A model generated the notes under the pieces. It ran no database searches. It was given only the letters and a program-made list of their open reading frames with translations, and had not been told where the DNA came from. Shown here one piece after another: positions 18,577 through 27,549 of a DNA stretch of 58,649 bases. Numbering within the stretch: the stretch's first letter is position 1; the number at the start of each line of letters is the position of its first letter. The position numbers and the translations under genes were made by a program. Source of the DNA: Conexivisphaerales archaeon (GTDB lineage: Archaea > Thermoproteota > Nitrososphaeria > Conexivisphaerales > UBA164); contig JAVBJD010000003.1 in assembly GCA_030756715.1 (NCBI GenBank), positions 1-58,649 of the forward strand. Reading direction: 5' to 3'.

Positions 18577-19187
18577 TTATTTCCTGTGACCTCATCAGTA
18601 ACTAGGTCTTCAAAATTTACCTGCCACTCATCTATAAAATACTTTGCAGACCATCCATAGGAGGTAAGCCTCCCTTCATTTTCTTTCAAAATTTCAGCTT
18701 TTACTCGCATGTGCACGTATGGATCTGTGTATTTATAACCGAAAGGTTTTCCTCTTAATGATACTATTGGATTCGTTACCGTTATCATGTTACCTTTTAT
18801 AGCGTAAAAAGAAAACAGCCTTGCCAAAAACGAAAGTTCATACGAAACCTGAATTTCATAAAAAGGGAGGGACATTCCATCCCATAGTATAGTCTTATAT
18901 TTTTTATTTGTAATCAACCTCGATATCTTTTCAAATATAAACCCGGGTTCAGTAGCTTTAAGTACATCTATCCTGCCCATTGTTTCAATTTTTACTTTCT
19001 GCGTTTCAACAATCTTTTCGGGCCTGAAAGAACCCCTGCTGTCGATGTACAAAACTATTTCTCCTTTAGAAGCTTTTTCAATGGCTAGAGAAACCAGAAT
19101 CTTTTCTTTTCCAGATTTTTCGTCTCCAAATATTTCAATAAAACAGTTGTTGCATCTTCTGTTTAAGAACTGTTCAGCATTCATCAT
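18573..19187 (-). CDS. RadB-like RecA-superfamily paralog with degenerate Walker A
   Basis: 204 aa. 'FIEIFGDEKSGKEKIL' is a P-loop with GKE in place of GK[ST]. It is followed by 'LYIDSRGSFRPEKIVE', which resembles the RadA/Rad51/RadB 'YIDTEG.FRPER' segment, and by a Walker-B-like 'TILWDG'. Confidence 0.6.
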   Translation of the reverse strand: MMNAEQFLNRRCNNCFIEIFGDEKSGKEKILVSLAIEKASKGEIVLYIDSRGSFRPEKIVETQKVKIETMGRIDVLKATEPGFIFEKISRLITNKKYKTILWDGMSLPFYEIQVSYELSFLARLFSFYAIKGNMITVTNPIVSLRGKPFGYKYTDPYVHMRVKAEILKENEGRLTSYGWSAKYFIDEWQVNFEDLVTDEVTGNN

Positions 19188-19200
19188 AAGTATAATTTTA

Positions 19201-19515
19201 TTACCTTTCGGCTGTTGACCTCTTAAAAACTATGCTACCTTTTTCAAAAGTTATTTCATAAATGTCATTGACTTCAAACTGTAAGCCCAGCTGTAAATAT
19301 TCATTTTCTTTTAAGAAAAGGACTAACTTGGGCGTCCACAGCTCCTTTACTGATTGTATTGGGAATATAGCCTGCAATTGAGATATGAAATTCTTTGTCA
19401 TCTCGTCACCCGGGAAAGGTAATGTTGAATATTCTGTGAACTCTATTAGTCTTCCGGGTGTGCCGGTTATTGGATCATTCATGCCAGTTATTCTGCTTAC
19501 TTTCACAAGTACCAT
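19201..19515 (-). CDS. hypothetical protein (104 aa), upstream partner of the RadB-like gene
   Basis: ORF on the same strand, 13 nt upstream of the RadB-like gene. No motif recognised. Confidence 0.45.
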   Translation of the reverse strand: MVLVKVSRITGMNDPITGTPGRLIEFTEYSTLPFPGDEMTKNFISQLQAIFPIQSVKELWTPKLVLFLKENEYLQLGLQFEVNDIYEITFEKGSIVFKRSTAER

Positions 19516-19619
19516 ACATTATTATGATAAAAACTAGTATAAAAAAGCATTCTTTTATATTCAACAATAAAGGGTTTTGTTTAAATGCAGGCGTTAAAAA
19601 ACGCAGCTAGATGGTAAAA

Positions 19620-19901
19620 TTAGCTTGTTTCACGTATGGTCTCAAGTAAAGACATCATGTTCCATATCAAAACCCTGACATGAGAAGGTATGTTAGGATC
19701 TTGTGATATCTCTTCTAAGACGCTCACCGTGTTAGCAGCCCTTATAGCAGGGCTAACGCTGCTGTCCTGTAACTGATCTAGAGTTTCTTTAAGCATGTTC
19801 CTCAAGCTTCGAGGAATGCCCTTGTTAGCCAGTAATGGGGTAAGTTGCTGAATTACCTGTTCTATCTTTTTTTCATCTTCTAATTTACTTGAGGCCGACA
19901 T
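19620..19901 (-). CDS. UPF0147-family small helical protein
   Basis: 93 aa. 'IPRSLRNMLKETL...AIRAANTVSVLEEISQDPNIPSHVRVLIWNMMSLLE' matches the conserved archaeal UPF0147 pattern as I remember it. Confidence 0.6.
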   Translation of the reverse strand: MSASSKLEDEKKIEQVIQQLTPLLANKGIPRSLRNMLKETLDQLQDSSVSPAIRAANTVSVLEEISQDPNIPSHVRVLIWNMMSLLETIRETS

Positions 19902-19926
19902 ATTTCCAATTTTTTAGTTTTAATAT

Positions 19927-19943
19927 ATTAACATTATGTTAAT
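19927..19943. repeat. perfect 17-nt palindrome ATTAACAT-T-ATGTTAAT
   Basis: Read directly from the sequence. It has 8-nt arms around one central T and lies 26-42 nt upstream of the UPF0147 start codon at 19901. Confidence 0.6.
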
Positions 19944-20050
19944 CCTTTAATGCTTTTAAGAAAAATACAAATATATGAAAGTTTGAACATGTGTGAATCT
20001 TTGTCTATTTTTAGGAAAATTTTTAAAAAGGGATTTGATATATCTTTCTC

Positions 20051-21340
20051 ATGAAAAATGCTCTAGCGCTACTGTTTATATGTATTGTGAGTTTCTTTGG
20101 AGTTGCTGGAATTACTGCGTCTTTCGCTCAAGCACAACCTCCGGAATTTGTGGTTTACTCAGTCTGGGGGACTCAACAATCGCCCATTATTGCTTACCCT
20201 GGAGCCGATGGCCTTCCACTTACTTTACAGGTAACATACATCGGGCCGGTAACTCTTTATGACGTAAACATATCTTATGCGCCAAGTTTTCCCATAAGTT
20301 CTATAGATGGTCAGGGAAATCTTTCTCTGTTTGTTCCTGAATTGAGCCCCGGCCAGGAAGTAAGCTTTGCGGGGTTCTTTAACGTAAACGCGCACTCTAA
20401 GGACATGGCTTACAACCAGACATTAACTGTAAGCTATAAAGTTTTGGTTCAGGTGCCGCAGTTAGGAGAAGAGCTGCTATCAGGGAAAGAAAACGTCAGC
20501 TTTAAGGTACCTATCATAGGGAATTATTCAATAAAACTGGCCGGATACAGAACTTTACCTCTTACGCTTTACTCAGGCATGTATGCTGGCGGGGTTACAG
20601 TATTTCTGACCAATGACGGGAACGTGGCTGCAAAAGATGTTAACATAACTGCAAACTTTAAAGATCCCCTGTGGCCTTTAAACCCGTCTTCTAACAAAGC
20701 CTTTTTGTCATACCTGCCTCCTGGTGACGTCGTGAACATAACTTTTCCTTTTGGAATAACGTATGGATCCAATGTACCGAGCGCCATCAATTCGACAGTT
20801 ATCCTGAATGTAAAAACTTTAGCCAGTTCCTATAACTTTACCTTACCCATTGAAGTAAAACCCGCAGCCTATTTTCAGATAAGCGGGTATAACTATGCGA
20901 AGATGACTCCGGGTGCGAGCGATGAATACGTTAACGTCAACATAACTAATGTAGGTGGTTCCAACGCTAAGTTTGTGACTGTTACGCTGATGTACAATCC
21001 GATTTTTACACCCTACTCACCTTCCAGCGAAAACCCGATCATAGGCGCTTACTCGATCAATGAAACATTTTACAACATCCAAAGCAACAAAACCTTTACC
21101 GTAAGTTACGTAGTCAGCGTTGCTTCAGGCATAAAGCCGTCCACTTATTATCTTCCTTTGCTCATCAGCTGGAAACAACCGCCTACCATGCAAACCATGT
21201 ACCAAATAATAGACGTCCCTATAAATGTGAGCTCATACAGCCTCTTTGATGGTTTGCAGGGCGATATACTCTACATGGTTGCGGGCATAGTAATTGTAAT
21301 ACTTGTCATCATGGCAGTTTATGGTTTAAGGAGGAAGTAA
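20051..21340 (+). CDS. secreted/membrane-anchored surface glycoprotein (S-layer/CARDB-like beta-rich repeats)
   Basis: It has a signal-peptide-like N-terminus 'ALALLFICIVSFFGVAGITASFAQA'. There are about 13 N-x-S/T sequons. A C-terminal TM segment 'ILYMVAGIVIVILVIMAVYGL' is followed by 'RRK'. Confidence 0.6.
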   Translation: MKNALALLFICIVSFFGVAGITASFAQAQPPEFVVYSVWGTQQSPIIAYPGADGLPLTLQVTYIGPVTLYDVNISYAPSFPISSIDGQGNLSLFVPELSPGQEVSFAGFFNVNAHSKDMAYNQTLTVSYKVLVQVPQLGEELLSGKENVSFKVPIIGNYSIKLAGYRTLPLTLYSGMYAGGVTVFLTNDGNVAAKDVNITANFKDPLWPLNPSSNKAFLSYLPPGDVVNITFPFGITYGSNVPSAINSTVILNVKTLASSYNFTLPIEVKPAAYFQISGYNYAKMTPGASDEYVNVNITNVGGSNAKFVTVTLMYNPIFTPYSPSSENPIIGAYSINETFYNIQSNKTFTVSYVVSVASGIKPSTYYLPLLISWKQPPTMQTMYQIIDVPINVSSYSLFDGLQGDILYMVAGIVIVILVIMAVYGLRRK

Positions 21341-21341
21341 A

Positions 21342-22778
21342 ATGAAGGCAGGAAGGGGAGGACCTTACGCAACCCTAGCTGTGCTCACGCTGGTATCTCT
21401 TTTAACCATGTACGTCGAAGCCATGGTTATTCCTTCCCTTCCTAAAATTGAAACAGCTTTATCAGCAACAAGCGAAGAAGCAGCATGGATTGTATCAGCG
21501 TACCTGGTGGTTGGTGCAGCTGTGGCTCCTCTTTTTGGAAAAATGGGAGATGTTTACGGGAAAAAGAAGCTTTACCTAGCCTCGCTTGCAGTTTACACTA
21601 TAGCCGTTCTGCTGGCTGGTTTTTCTCCAAATGTATACTATCTCATAGCTGTTAGGGCTGTGCAGGGATTTGGTTTTTCTCTTTTTCCTCTAAGCCTTGC
21701 AATAGTAACTGATATATTTCCTAAAGAAAGGGTTGCAATGGCTCAGGGCATCATAAGTGCTATGGTTGCTATTGGAATGACGGTAGGCATGATAGCTGGA
21801 GCTTATATTGAAGAGTATTTTGGATGGAGAATGATGTTCCATATCGGGTTTGTTTTTGCTACTCTTATGTTGCTTTTTGCTTACTTGATAATAGCTGGGG
21901 TAGCTCCCCCTCAAAAGGAAAAGGTAGATTATCTGAGCACAGTTATACTTTCCTCAGGTACCGCTCTGATTTTGATCTATCTGACTGAAACGCCCTACAA
22001 AGGATGGTTCAGCATAGAGCAGTTGATTATCCTTGTAGCAGGCGTTGTTCTTTTTTCTGGTTACCTGTTTTATGCTTCAAAAGCCTCTAATCCACTTATT
22101 TCTTTAAGCCTGTTAAAAAAGAGGAACGTATTTGTTGCAAACCTTTCAGGGTTCCTTTCAGGAGTAGCCATGTTCACCCTTTTTCTTGGAGTTATATACT
22201 ATTCAGAAGAACTACCTCCTTATGGTTTGGGTCTCTCGGTATTGAGCGCTGCTCTTACCCTTTTTCCGGCCACACTGGCCATGATTTTTATAGCACCACT
22301 TGCAGGTTCTGCAACATCAACCATCGGGCCTAAATACGTTCTGATTTATGGGAGTCTGGTATCCATGATAGGATTTTGGCTCATGATTAACTATAGAGCA
22401 ACCCCTCTGCAACTGGTAATCGATTCTTTTATTGCAGGCGTGGGTGTTGTATCGATAATGATACCCATGGTTAACATGATTGCCGTTTCTATGCCGCCCG
22501 AAAATGTAGCTGTTGGACTTGGGTTCAATACAATGGTAAGATTTTTGGGATCTTCCGTAGGTCCAGTGCTTGCAGCCACCTTTATGACTGACTATAAGTA
22601 CTATGTGGTTTATGGGACAACGGCTTCAGCTTTTAAAGAAATTTTCAGCGAAGCAGGAACTTTAGCTTTTAATTACATATTCCTAACAGGACTGATTTTT
22701 AGCTTTTTGACTTTGATTGTTGCTTTCTTTGCTAATAATTATAAAAGCGAACACCTTTCTGTTTCAGTACCTGCTTAA
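21342..22778 (+). CDS. MFS transporter, DHA2 (EmrB/QacA-like, ~14 TMS)
   Basis: 478 aa and hydrophobic, with 'GKMGDVYGKKKLYL' (MFS motif A-like). It starts 1 nt after the stop of the glycoprotein gene. Confidence 0.85.
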   Translation: MKAGRGGPYATLAVLTLVSLLTMYVEAMVIPSLPKIETALSATSEEAAWIVSAYLVVGAAVAPLFGKMGDVYGKKKLYLASLAVYTIAVLLAGFSPNVYYLIAVRAVQGFGFSLFPLSLAIVTDIFPKERVAMAQGIISAMVAIGMTVGMIAGAYIEEYFGWRMMFHIGFVFATLMLLFAYLIIAGVAPPQKEKVDYLSTVILSSGTALILIYLTETPYKGWFSIEQLIILVAGVVLFSGYLFYASKASNPLISLSLLKKRNVFVANLSGFLSGVAMFTLFLGVIYYSEELPPYGLGLSVLSAALTLFPATLAMIFIAPLAGSATSTIGPKYVLIYGSLVSMIGFWLMINYRATPLQLVIDSFIAGVGVVSIMIPMVNMIAVSMPPENVAVGLGFNTMVRFLGSSVGPVLAATFMTDYKYYVVYGTTASAFKEIFSEAGTLAFNYIFLTGLIFSFLTLIVAFFANNYKSEHLSVSVPA

Positions 22779-22852
22779 AACACATAATATAATCATACTT
22801 TTTTCAAGTTTAGCATAACATCTTAAATAAGTTCATCTATCATTATAGAGTT

Positions 22853-24429
22853 GTGCTGCCTGCATCTCTGATAGCAGTGCTTGAGCTTTCATTACTTCTT
22901 TTATTGGGAAAACTGGGCGAAGAAAGTTTTTCAGCTCTTGATCTTACGCCTTTTGTAGGAGCTATACTGATAGGGCTCTTGATAGGACCGGGTATCTTTA
23001 AAGTTTTTTATCCATCTCCATACATATCTGATTTTATCAATCTTGGGATTGTTTTTATACTCTTTATGGCGGGTGTCGAAGAAACACGTGGAGGAAGCGA
23101 AATAAGAAAGCCAGCGCTTGCAGGAATAATAAATTTTATCATCGAGTACGTTATCATCTATGCGCTCCTTACCTACCTAGGCTTTGAACCCCTGGTGTAA
23201 TCAATTTTAGCTATAAGCCTTGGAATGGTAAGTGCAGGTCCGTTTCCCCGGACTATACAAGAGATATCTTTTAAAAGTGATGTAAGTCAGCACAGAAAAC
23301 TTTTTGTTGAGGTTCTTTTTAACGAGATTTCGGCAGTTGTGATTTTTTCTTTTTTTTTGCCATCGACGCTTTTAAAAACACCCTCGATATGTTAGAGGGC
23401 ATCGTGAAACTGTTAGTAGTCATAACGATCATTTTACTTTTTGGAAAATTTATAATCGGGAAAGTGTTATTTTTTGTTGAAGCTAGATTCAGGACGTGGG
23501 AGGCTCTTTTTGCTGTAGTGATATCGATTATTCTTTTGTTTGGTTTTATAGCGGACCTCGTAGGATTTAACTCAGCTATTGCTGCCTTTTTTCTGGGCGT
23601 GTTTGCTTCTGAATATATTCTTAACAATGCGTACCTTTTAGAAAAGCTCAGAGCTTTAACGTACGGGTTCTTTGAACCGATGTTTTTTGCAGGACTTGGT
23701 CTTTATTTTGTAAGCATAAACAGTTATGTAATATTTTTAGGTCTTACCGTTTTTGCAATTTCTATCACCGCAAAAATGTTCTCAAGCATTTTTACAAGCA
23801 AATTGGTAAACGTTAGCATAATCAAAAACTTTTTTGCTATAGCACATGAAGGAGGGGTTGACGGTGCAATACTCTTGACGGCACTGCAACTGAGTTTGAT
23901 AAGTTCCAAGTTTTACTCTATAGCTTTGATGGCCGTCATGATAATGAGCGTGATAGCGCCTCTAGGTTATAAAGGTAAAAGCCCCCTCTCTAGACCAAAG
24001 CCTGAACCATCGATTAAGTTCGTTACCTATGAGCTTTCAAAGAGCAGCGCTGAGGATCTTTCTCGCGTTCTTCCGACAGTTGCTGTGAGCGAGGACACGA
24101 CTGTTGAAGAAGCAGTAAAAAAAGCAGACCAACTTAACACTAGGGTCCTAGTAGTTGTTAATAAAGAGGGAAAACCAATAGGCTATTCTACTGTTCATGA
24201 CCTTTTCAAGATGGTTTCATTTGGACAGGGAGATGTTCGTATGCAAGATGTCTTTCTCCTGCCGGTTCCAAGAATTTACAAATCCGCTTCGGGTTCTGAA
24301 GTGCTAGACGTTTTTAAAATGAGCGATGCGCAAGTAGTTGCTGTAATAAATGAACGCGGGGAGCTTGTAGGAACAATACTGGAAAAAGAAGTTCTCAGAT
24401 ATATACTAAAAGGAGAAAAAAAGACTTAA
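22853..24429 (+). pseudogene. disrupted CPA2-type cation:proton antiporter with C-terminal CBS pair
   Basis: The 115-aa N-terminal fragment ends at an in-frame TAA (23198-23200). The same frame then continues as antiporter-like sequence ('SILAISLGMVSAG...VEVLFNEISAVVIFSFF'). A -1 frame change inside the T6-C-T9 tract (23343-23358) is needed to join the 346-aa C-terminal ORF, which carries TM helices and two CBS motifs. Confidence 0.7.
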
Positions 24430-24489
24430 AAAACCCAATTAAAATTAAGTTAAGAAAGGTTAAATTACCCTTTTTGTTTAATTTTTACC

Positions 24490-25818
24490 ATGAAGGTTAT
24501 AGTTGTAGGTGGCGGAGCCGCTGGGATGAGCGCGGCTTCAAGGGTCAGAAAGCTTTTACCGCAATCCGAAATAAAGGTATTCGAAGAGTCGTCGTACGTT
24601 TCATATGCTCCTTGCGGCATACCTTATTATGTTGAAGACCTGGTAAACGATATAAATGCATTGGTAACTTATACGCCAGAATTTTTTAAGAAAGAAAGGA
24701 ACATCGACGTACACATAAAAACAAAGGTAACCAAGGTAAACCTAAGCGCAAAGGAGCTGACTACAGTCTCAGATGAAGGTGAAAAAACAGAAAGCTTTGA
24801 CTACATTGTGCTTTCAACCGGCGCAATTCCATTTGTGCCCGATAAAAGATGGCTCGAAGCAAACCACGTCTATGCTCTGCGTCATCTTGAAGACGGCTAC
24901 ACTTTAAAAAACGACCTGAAAAACCTTCAGAACGTTGCTGTAATTGGAGGGGGTTATGTAGGCGTAGAAATGGCTGAGGCACTATCAAAAATAGGTAAAA
25001 AAGTAACAGTTTTTGAGATGCGTCGATTGATGCCAAACCTAGATCCAGAATATTCTCAGATTATTAAACAGGAAATGGAAAAAAGGTCGATAAAGGTGAT
25101 AGAGGGCTTCACAGTTAAAGCTGTGGAAAACAGCGGAGAAAAGGTAAGAATTGTTGGAGATACTGAGCAACCTCTCTTTGACGCCGCGGTTCTGGGCCTT
25201 GGCGTTAGACCAAACGTGGAGCTCGCAAGGTCTATGGGATTGAAGCTCGGTGAGACTGGAGCTATTTGGGTTGACGATAGAATGAGAACGAGTGAGCCAA
25301 GCGTCTACGCTGCAGGCGATAACGTAGAGGTAAACGACCTTGTCATTAAAGGGAGAAAGAGGTATGCGCCTTTTGCCCCAGAAGCAAACAAAGAGGGATA
25401 CATAGCTGGCTCAAACATAGGGAATCAGAACATAACATTTCCAGGTAGCGCTGGAAGCGCCATAACGAAATTTTATGATTTAGAAATAGGAGTTGTCGGC
25501 ATAACTGAAGATGAAGCAAAAAAATACGGCATTGAAGCTTTTCCCGTGAAGATCAAGCATAACGCAAAAGCAAGCTATTATCCGCCGCAAGAAGAGGTAT
25601 ACCTGAAGATTGTTTTTGATAAAAAAAGGAGAGTTCCGCTGGGAGGCCAGGTAGTCGGTAAGAACGTGTGGGGAAGGTTGGCATACCTTTCTTTGGCCAT
25701 AGAAAACGGTATAACTGTTGACAGAATGTTCTTTTCAGGAGTACCATATGCCCCTCCGTTTGCGCCGGTCTGGGATTCATTGATCGTAGCTTCGAGGATT
25801 TTCTATGAACGCGTATGA
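24490..25818 (+). CDS. NADH oxidase / CoA-disulfide reductase family flavoprotein
   Basis: 442 aa. Motifs are 'KVIVVGGGAAGMSAA', the redox Cys in 'VSYAPCGIPYY', a second dinucleotide fold 'VAVIGGGYVGVEMA', and 'VYAAGD'. Confidence 0.8.
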   Translation: MKVIVVGGGAAGMSAASRVRKLLPQSEIKVFEESSYVSYAPCGIPYYVEDLVNDINALVTYTPEFFKKERNIDVHIKTKVTKVNLSAKELTTVSDEGEKTESFDYIVLSTGAIPFVPDKRWLEANHVYALRHLEDGYTLKNDLKNLQNVAVIGGGYVGVEMAEALSKIGKKVTVFEMRRLMPNLDPEYSQIIKQEMEKRSIKVIEGFTVKAVENSGEKVRIVGDTEQPLFDAAVLGLGVRPNVELARSMGLKLGETGAIWVDDRMRTSEPSVYAAGDNVEVNDLVIKGRKRYAPFAPEANKEGYIAGSNIGNQNITFPGSAGSAITKFYDLEIGVVGITEDEAKKYGIEAFPVKIKHNAKASYYPPQEEVYLKIVFDKKRRVPLGGQVVGKNVWGRLAYLSLAIENGITVDRMFFSGVPYAPPFAPVWDSLIVASRIFYERV

Positions 25819-26362
25819 GCTAGCTGACATCAAAAAGCTCAGAAAAGCTCTAGGTCTTTCTCAGAGGGATTTAGCAAAGCTTTCGGGCTTGAGCCAGTCA
25901 TATATAGCTAAAGTAGAGCAGGGGCATATAGATCCAAGTTACAGCAACGTTCAAAAAATTTTTAAAGCTCTTGAAAATATCAGATCCCTTAACGTAAAGG
26001 TAGCAGCTGAAATAATGACGAGAGATTTAAAATACGTGTTTGTGGGATCTAAGGTTTTGGATGCTATAAAGATCATGCAGGATAATTCAATAAGTCAGGT
26101 CCCCGTTTTAACTGAAGATGGTAAAGTTGTTGGCATGATCAGCGAATCGAACTTGGTACAGCACATGCTCAAAGGAAAAGACATTAAAAAAATTCAGGAA
26201 AGCAAAGTTGAAGAATTCATGGACCCGCCTTATCCCATAGTTGATGAATCAACGCCAGTAAACCTTATAATGAGCATACTGAGCTTTTATAATGCTGTTC
26301 TCGTGTCGCATAAGGGAAAAGTGATAGGTATAATAACCCGTTCTGACATACTTAAAGGATAA
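25805..26362 (+). CDS. XRE-type HTH transcriptional regulator with C-terminal CBS-domain pair
   Basis: 'LGLSQRDLAKLSGLSQSYIAKVEQG' is an HTH motif. Two CBS motifs follow ('IMTRDLKYV...SQVPVL...VVGMISESNL' and 'FMDPPYPIV...VIGIITRSDIL'). It overlaps the upstream gene by 14 nt. Confidence 0.75.
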   Translation: MNAYELADIKKLRKALGLSQRDLAKLSGLSQSYIAKVEQGHIDPSYSNVQKIFKALENIRSLNVKVAAEIMTRDLKYVFVGSKVLDAIKIMQDNSISQVPVLTEDGKVVGMISESNLVQHMLKGKDIKKIQESKVEEFMDPPYPIVDESTPVNLIMSILSFYNAVLVSHKGKVIGIITRSDILKG

Positions 26363-26363
26363 G

Positions 26364-27548
26364 ATGATTATCAGTGCCAAAAAGGTTCCGAAATATGAAC
26401 CCTCTATGGAATTTGTCGAAAGAAAAGGGAAAGGACATCCCGACACTATATGCGACGGTATCAGCGAAAAACTGAGCGTCGCCCTAAGCAAATACTATTT
26501 GGAAAAAACAGGAAGAATACTTCACCATAACGTAGACAAGGCGATTTTGGTAGGCGGACAGGCAAGGGCATGGTTTGGAGGAGGCGAAGTTATAGAACCG
26601 ATATACTTGATGCTGGTAGGCAGGGCCATAGGTAGGCTTGACAAAGAAGATACTGTTCCAATAGGAAGGCTCGCTGTAACTGCGGCCAAATCATACATAA
26701 AAGAAAACCTGAGGTATCTGGATGCTGAAAGCCACCTGATAGTTGACTACAGGATTAAGCAGGGGAGCGCGGACCTTGTAAAGAACTTCGAGGCAGGAAA
26801 CGATATACCCCTAGCAAACGACACAAGCTTTGGAGTGGGATTCTATCCGATGACAGACGCCGAAAAGCTTGCGCTCGAAACTGAAAGATTTATTAATTCA
26901 GAAGAGGGAAAGAAACTTTTCCCGCAGGTTGGAGAAGACATAAAAGTAATGGCGCTAAGACACGAAAAGGAGATAAAGTTAACGATAGCCGCGGCCATGA
27001 TATCTGAGCTGATAAAAAACAAAGAAGATTATCTGGAAATCAAACGTCAGCTATCCATCAAGCTGCTGGAGCTTTCATCAGAAATAACGAAGATGAAAGT
27101 AGACTTGGTGATCAACGGTGCAGATAAACCAGAAAAGAACATATTTTACCTAACAGTAACTGGAACGAGCGCAGAAAACGGCGATGATGGTCAAGTAGGC
27201 AGGGGCAACAGGGCAAACGGCTTGATAACGCCTTTCAGGCCAATGTCTCTTGAAGCAACAGCTGGAAAGAACCCTATAAGTCACACAGGAAAGCTTTATT
27301 CAGTTTTAGCCATGGATATAGCAAAAAAGCTGGTAGAAGAAAACAAGCACATATCAAACGCTAACGTATACATGCTAAGCCAGATCGGATCCCCAATAAC
27401 CGAACCCCAGTCTGTTTACGTTGAAGCGAGTGCAGATATATCTGATGAGGCGGTAAGCAGCTATGCGGAAAGCATAGTCAAAGAAAGCCTGCAGGAAGCT
27501 CCCAAGCTTTGGCTTAAAATACTCGAAGGCAACGTATCCCTCTATTAA
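26364..27548 (+). CDS. mat: S-adenosylmethionine synthetase, archaeal type
   Basis: 394 aa. 'VERKGKGHPDTICDGISE', 'DTSFGVG', 'TGTSAENGDDGQVGRGNRANGLITP' and 'EATAGKNP' are hallmark archaeal MAT motifs. Confidence 0.95.
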   Translation: MIISAKKVPKYEPSMEFVERKGKGHPDTICDGISEKLSVALSKYYLEKTGRILHHNVDKAILVGGQARAWFGGGEVIEPIYLMLVGRAIGRLDKEDTVPIGRLAVTAAKSYIKENLRYLDAESHLIVDYRIKQGSADLVKNFEAGNDIPLANDTSFGVGFYPMTDAEKLALETERFINSEEGKKLFPQVGEDIKVMALRHEKEIKLTIAAAMISELIKNKEDYLEIKRQLSIKLLELSSEITKMKVDLVINGADKPEKNIFYLTVTGTSAENGDDGQVGRGNRANGLITPFRPMSLEATAGKNPISHTGKLYSVLAMDIAKKLVEENKHISNANVYMLSQIGSPITEPQSVYVEASADISDEAVSSYAESIVKESLQEAPKLWLKILEGNVSLY

Positions 27549-27549
27549 A

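Noticed and set aside
23319-23627. A 102-aa minus-strand ORF across the antiporter frameshift region.
   Set aside because: It contains a poly-Lys run that is simply the complement of the T tract. It lies opposite transporter-coding sequence.
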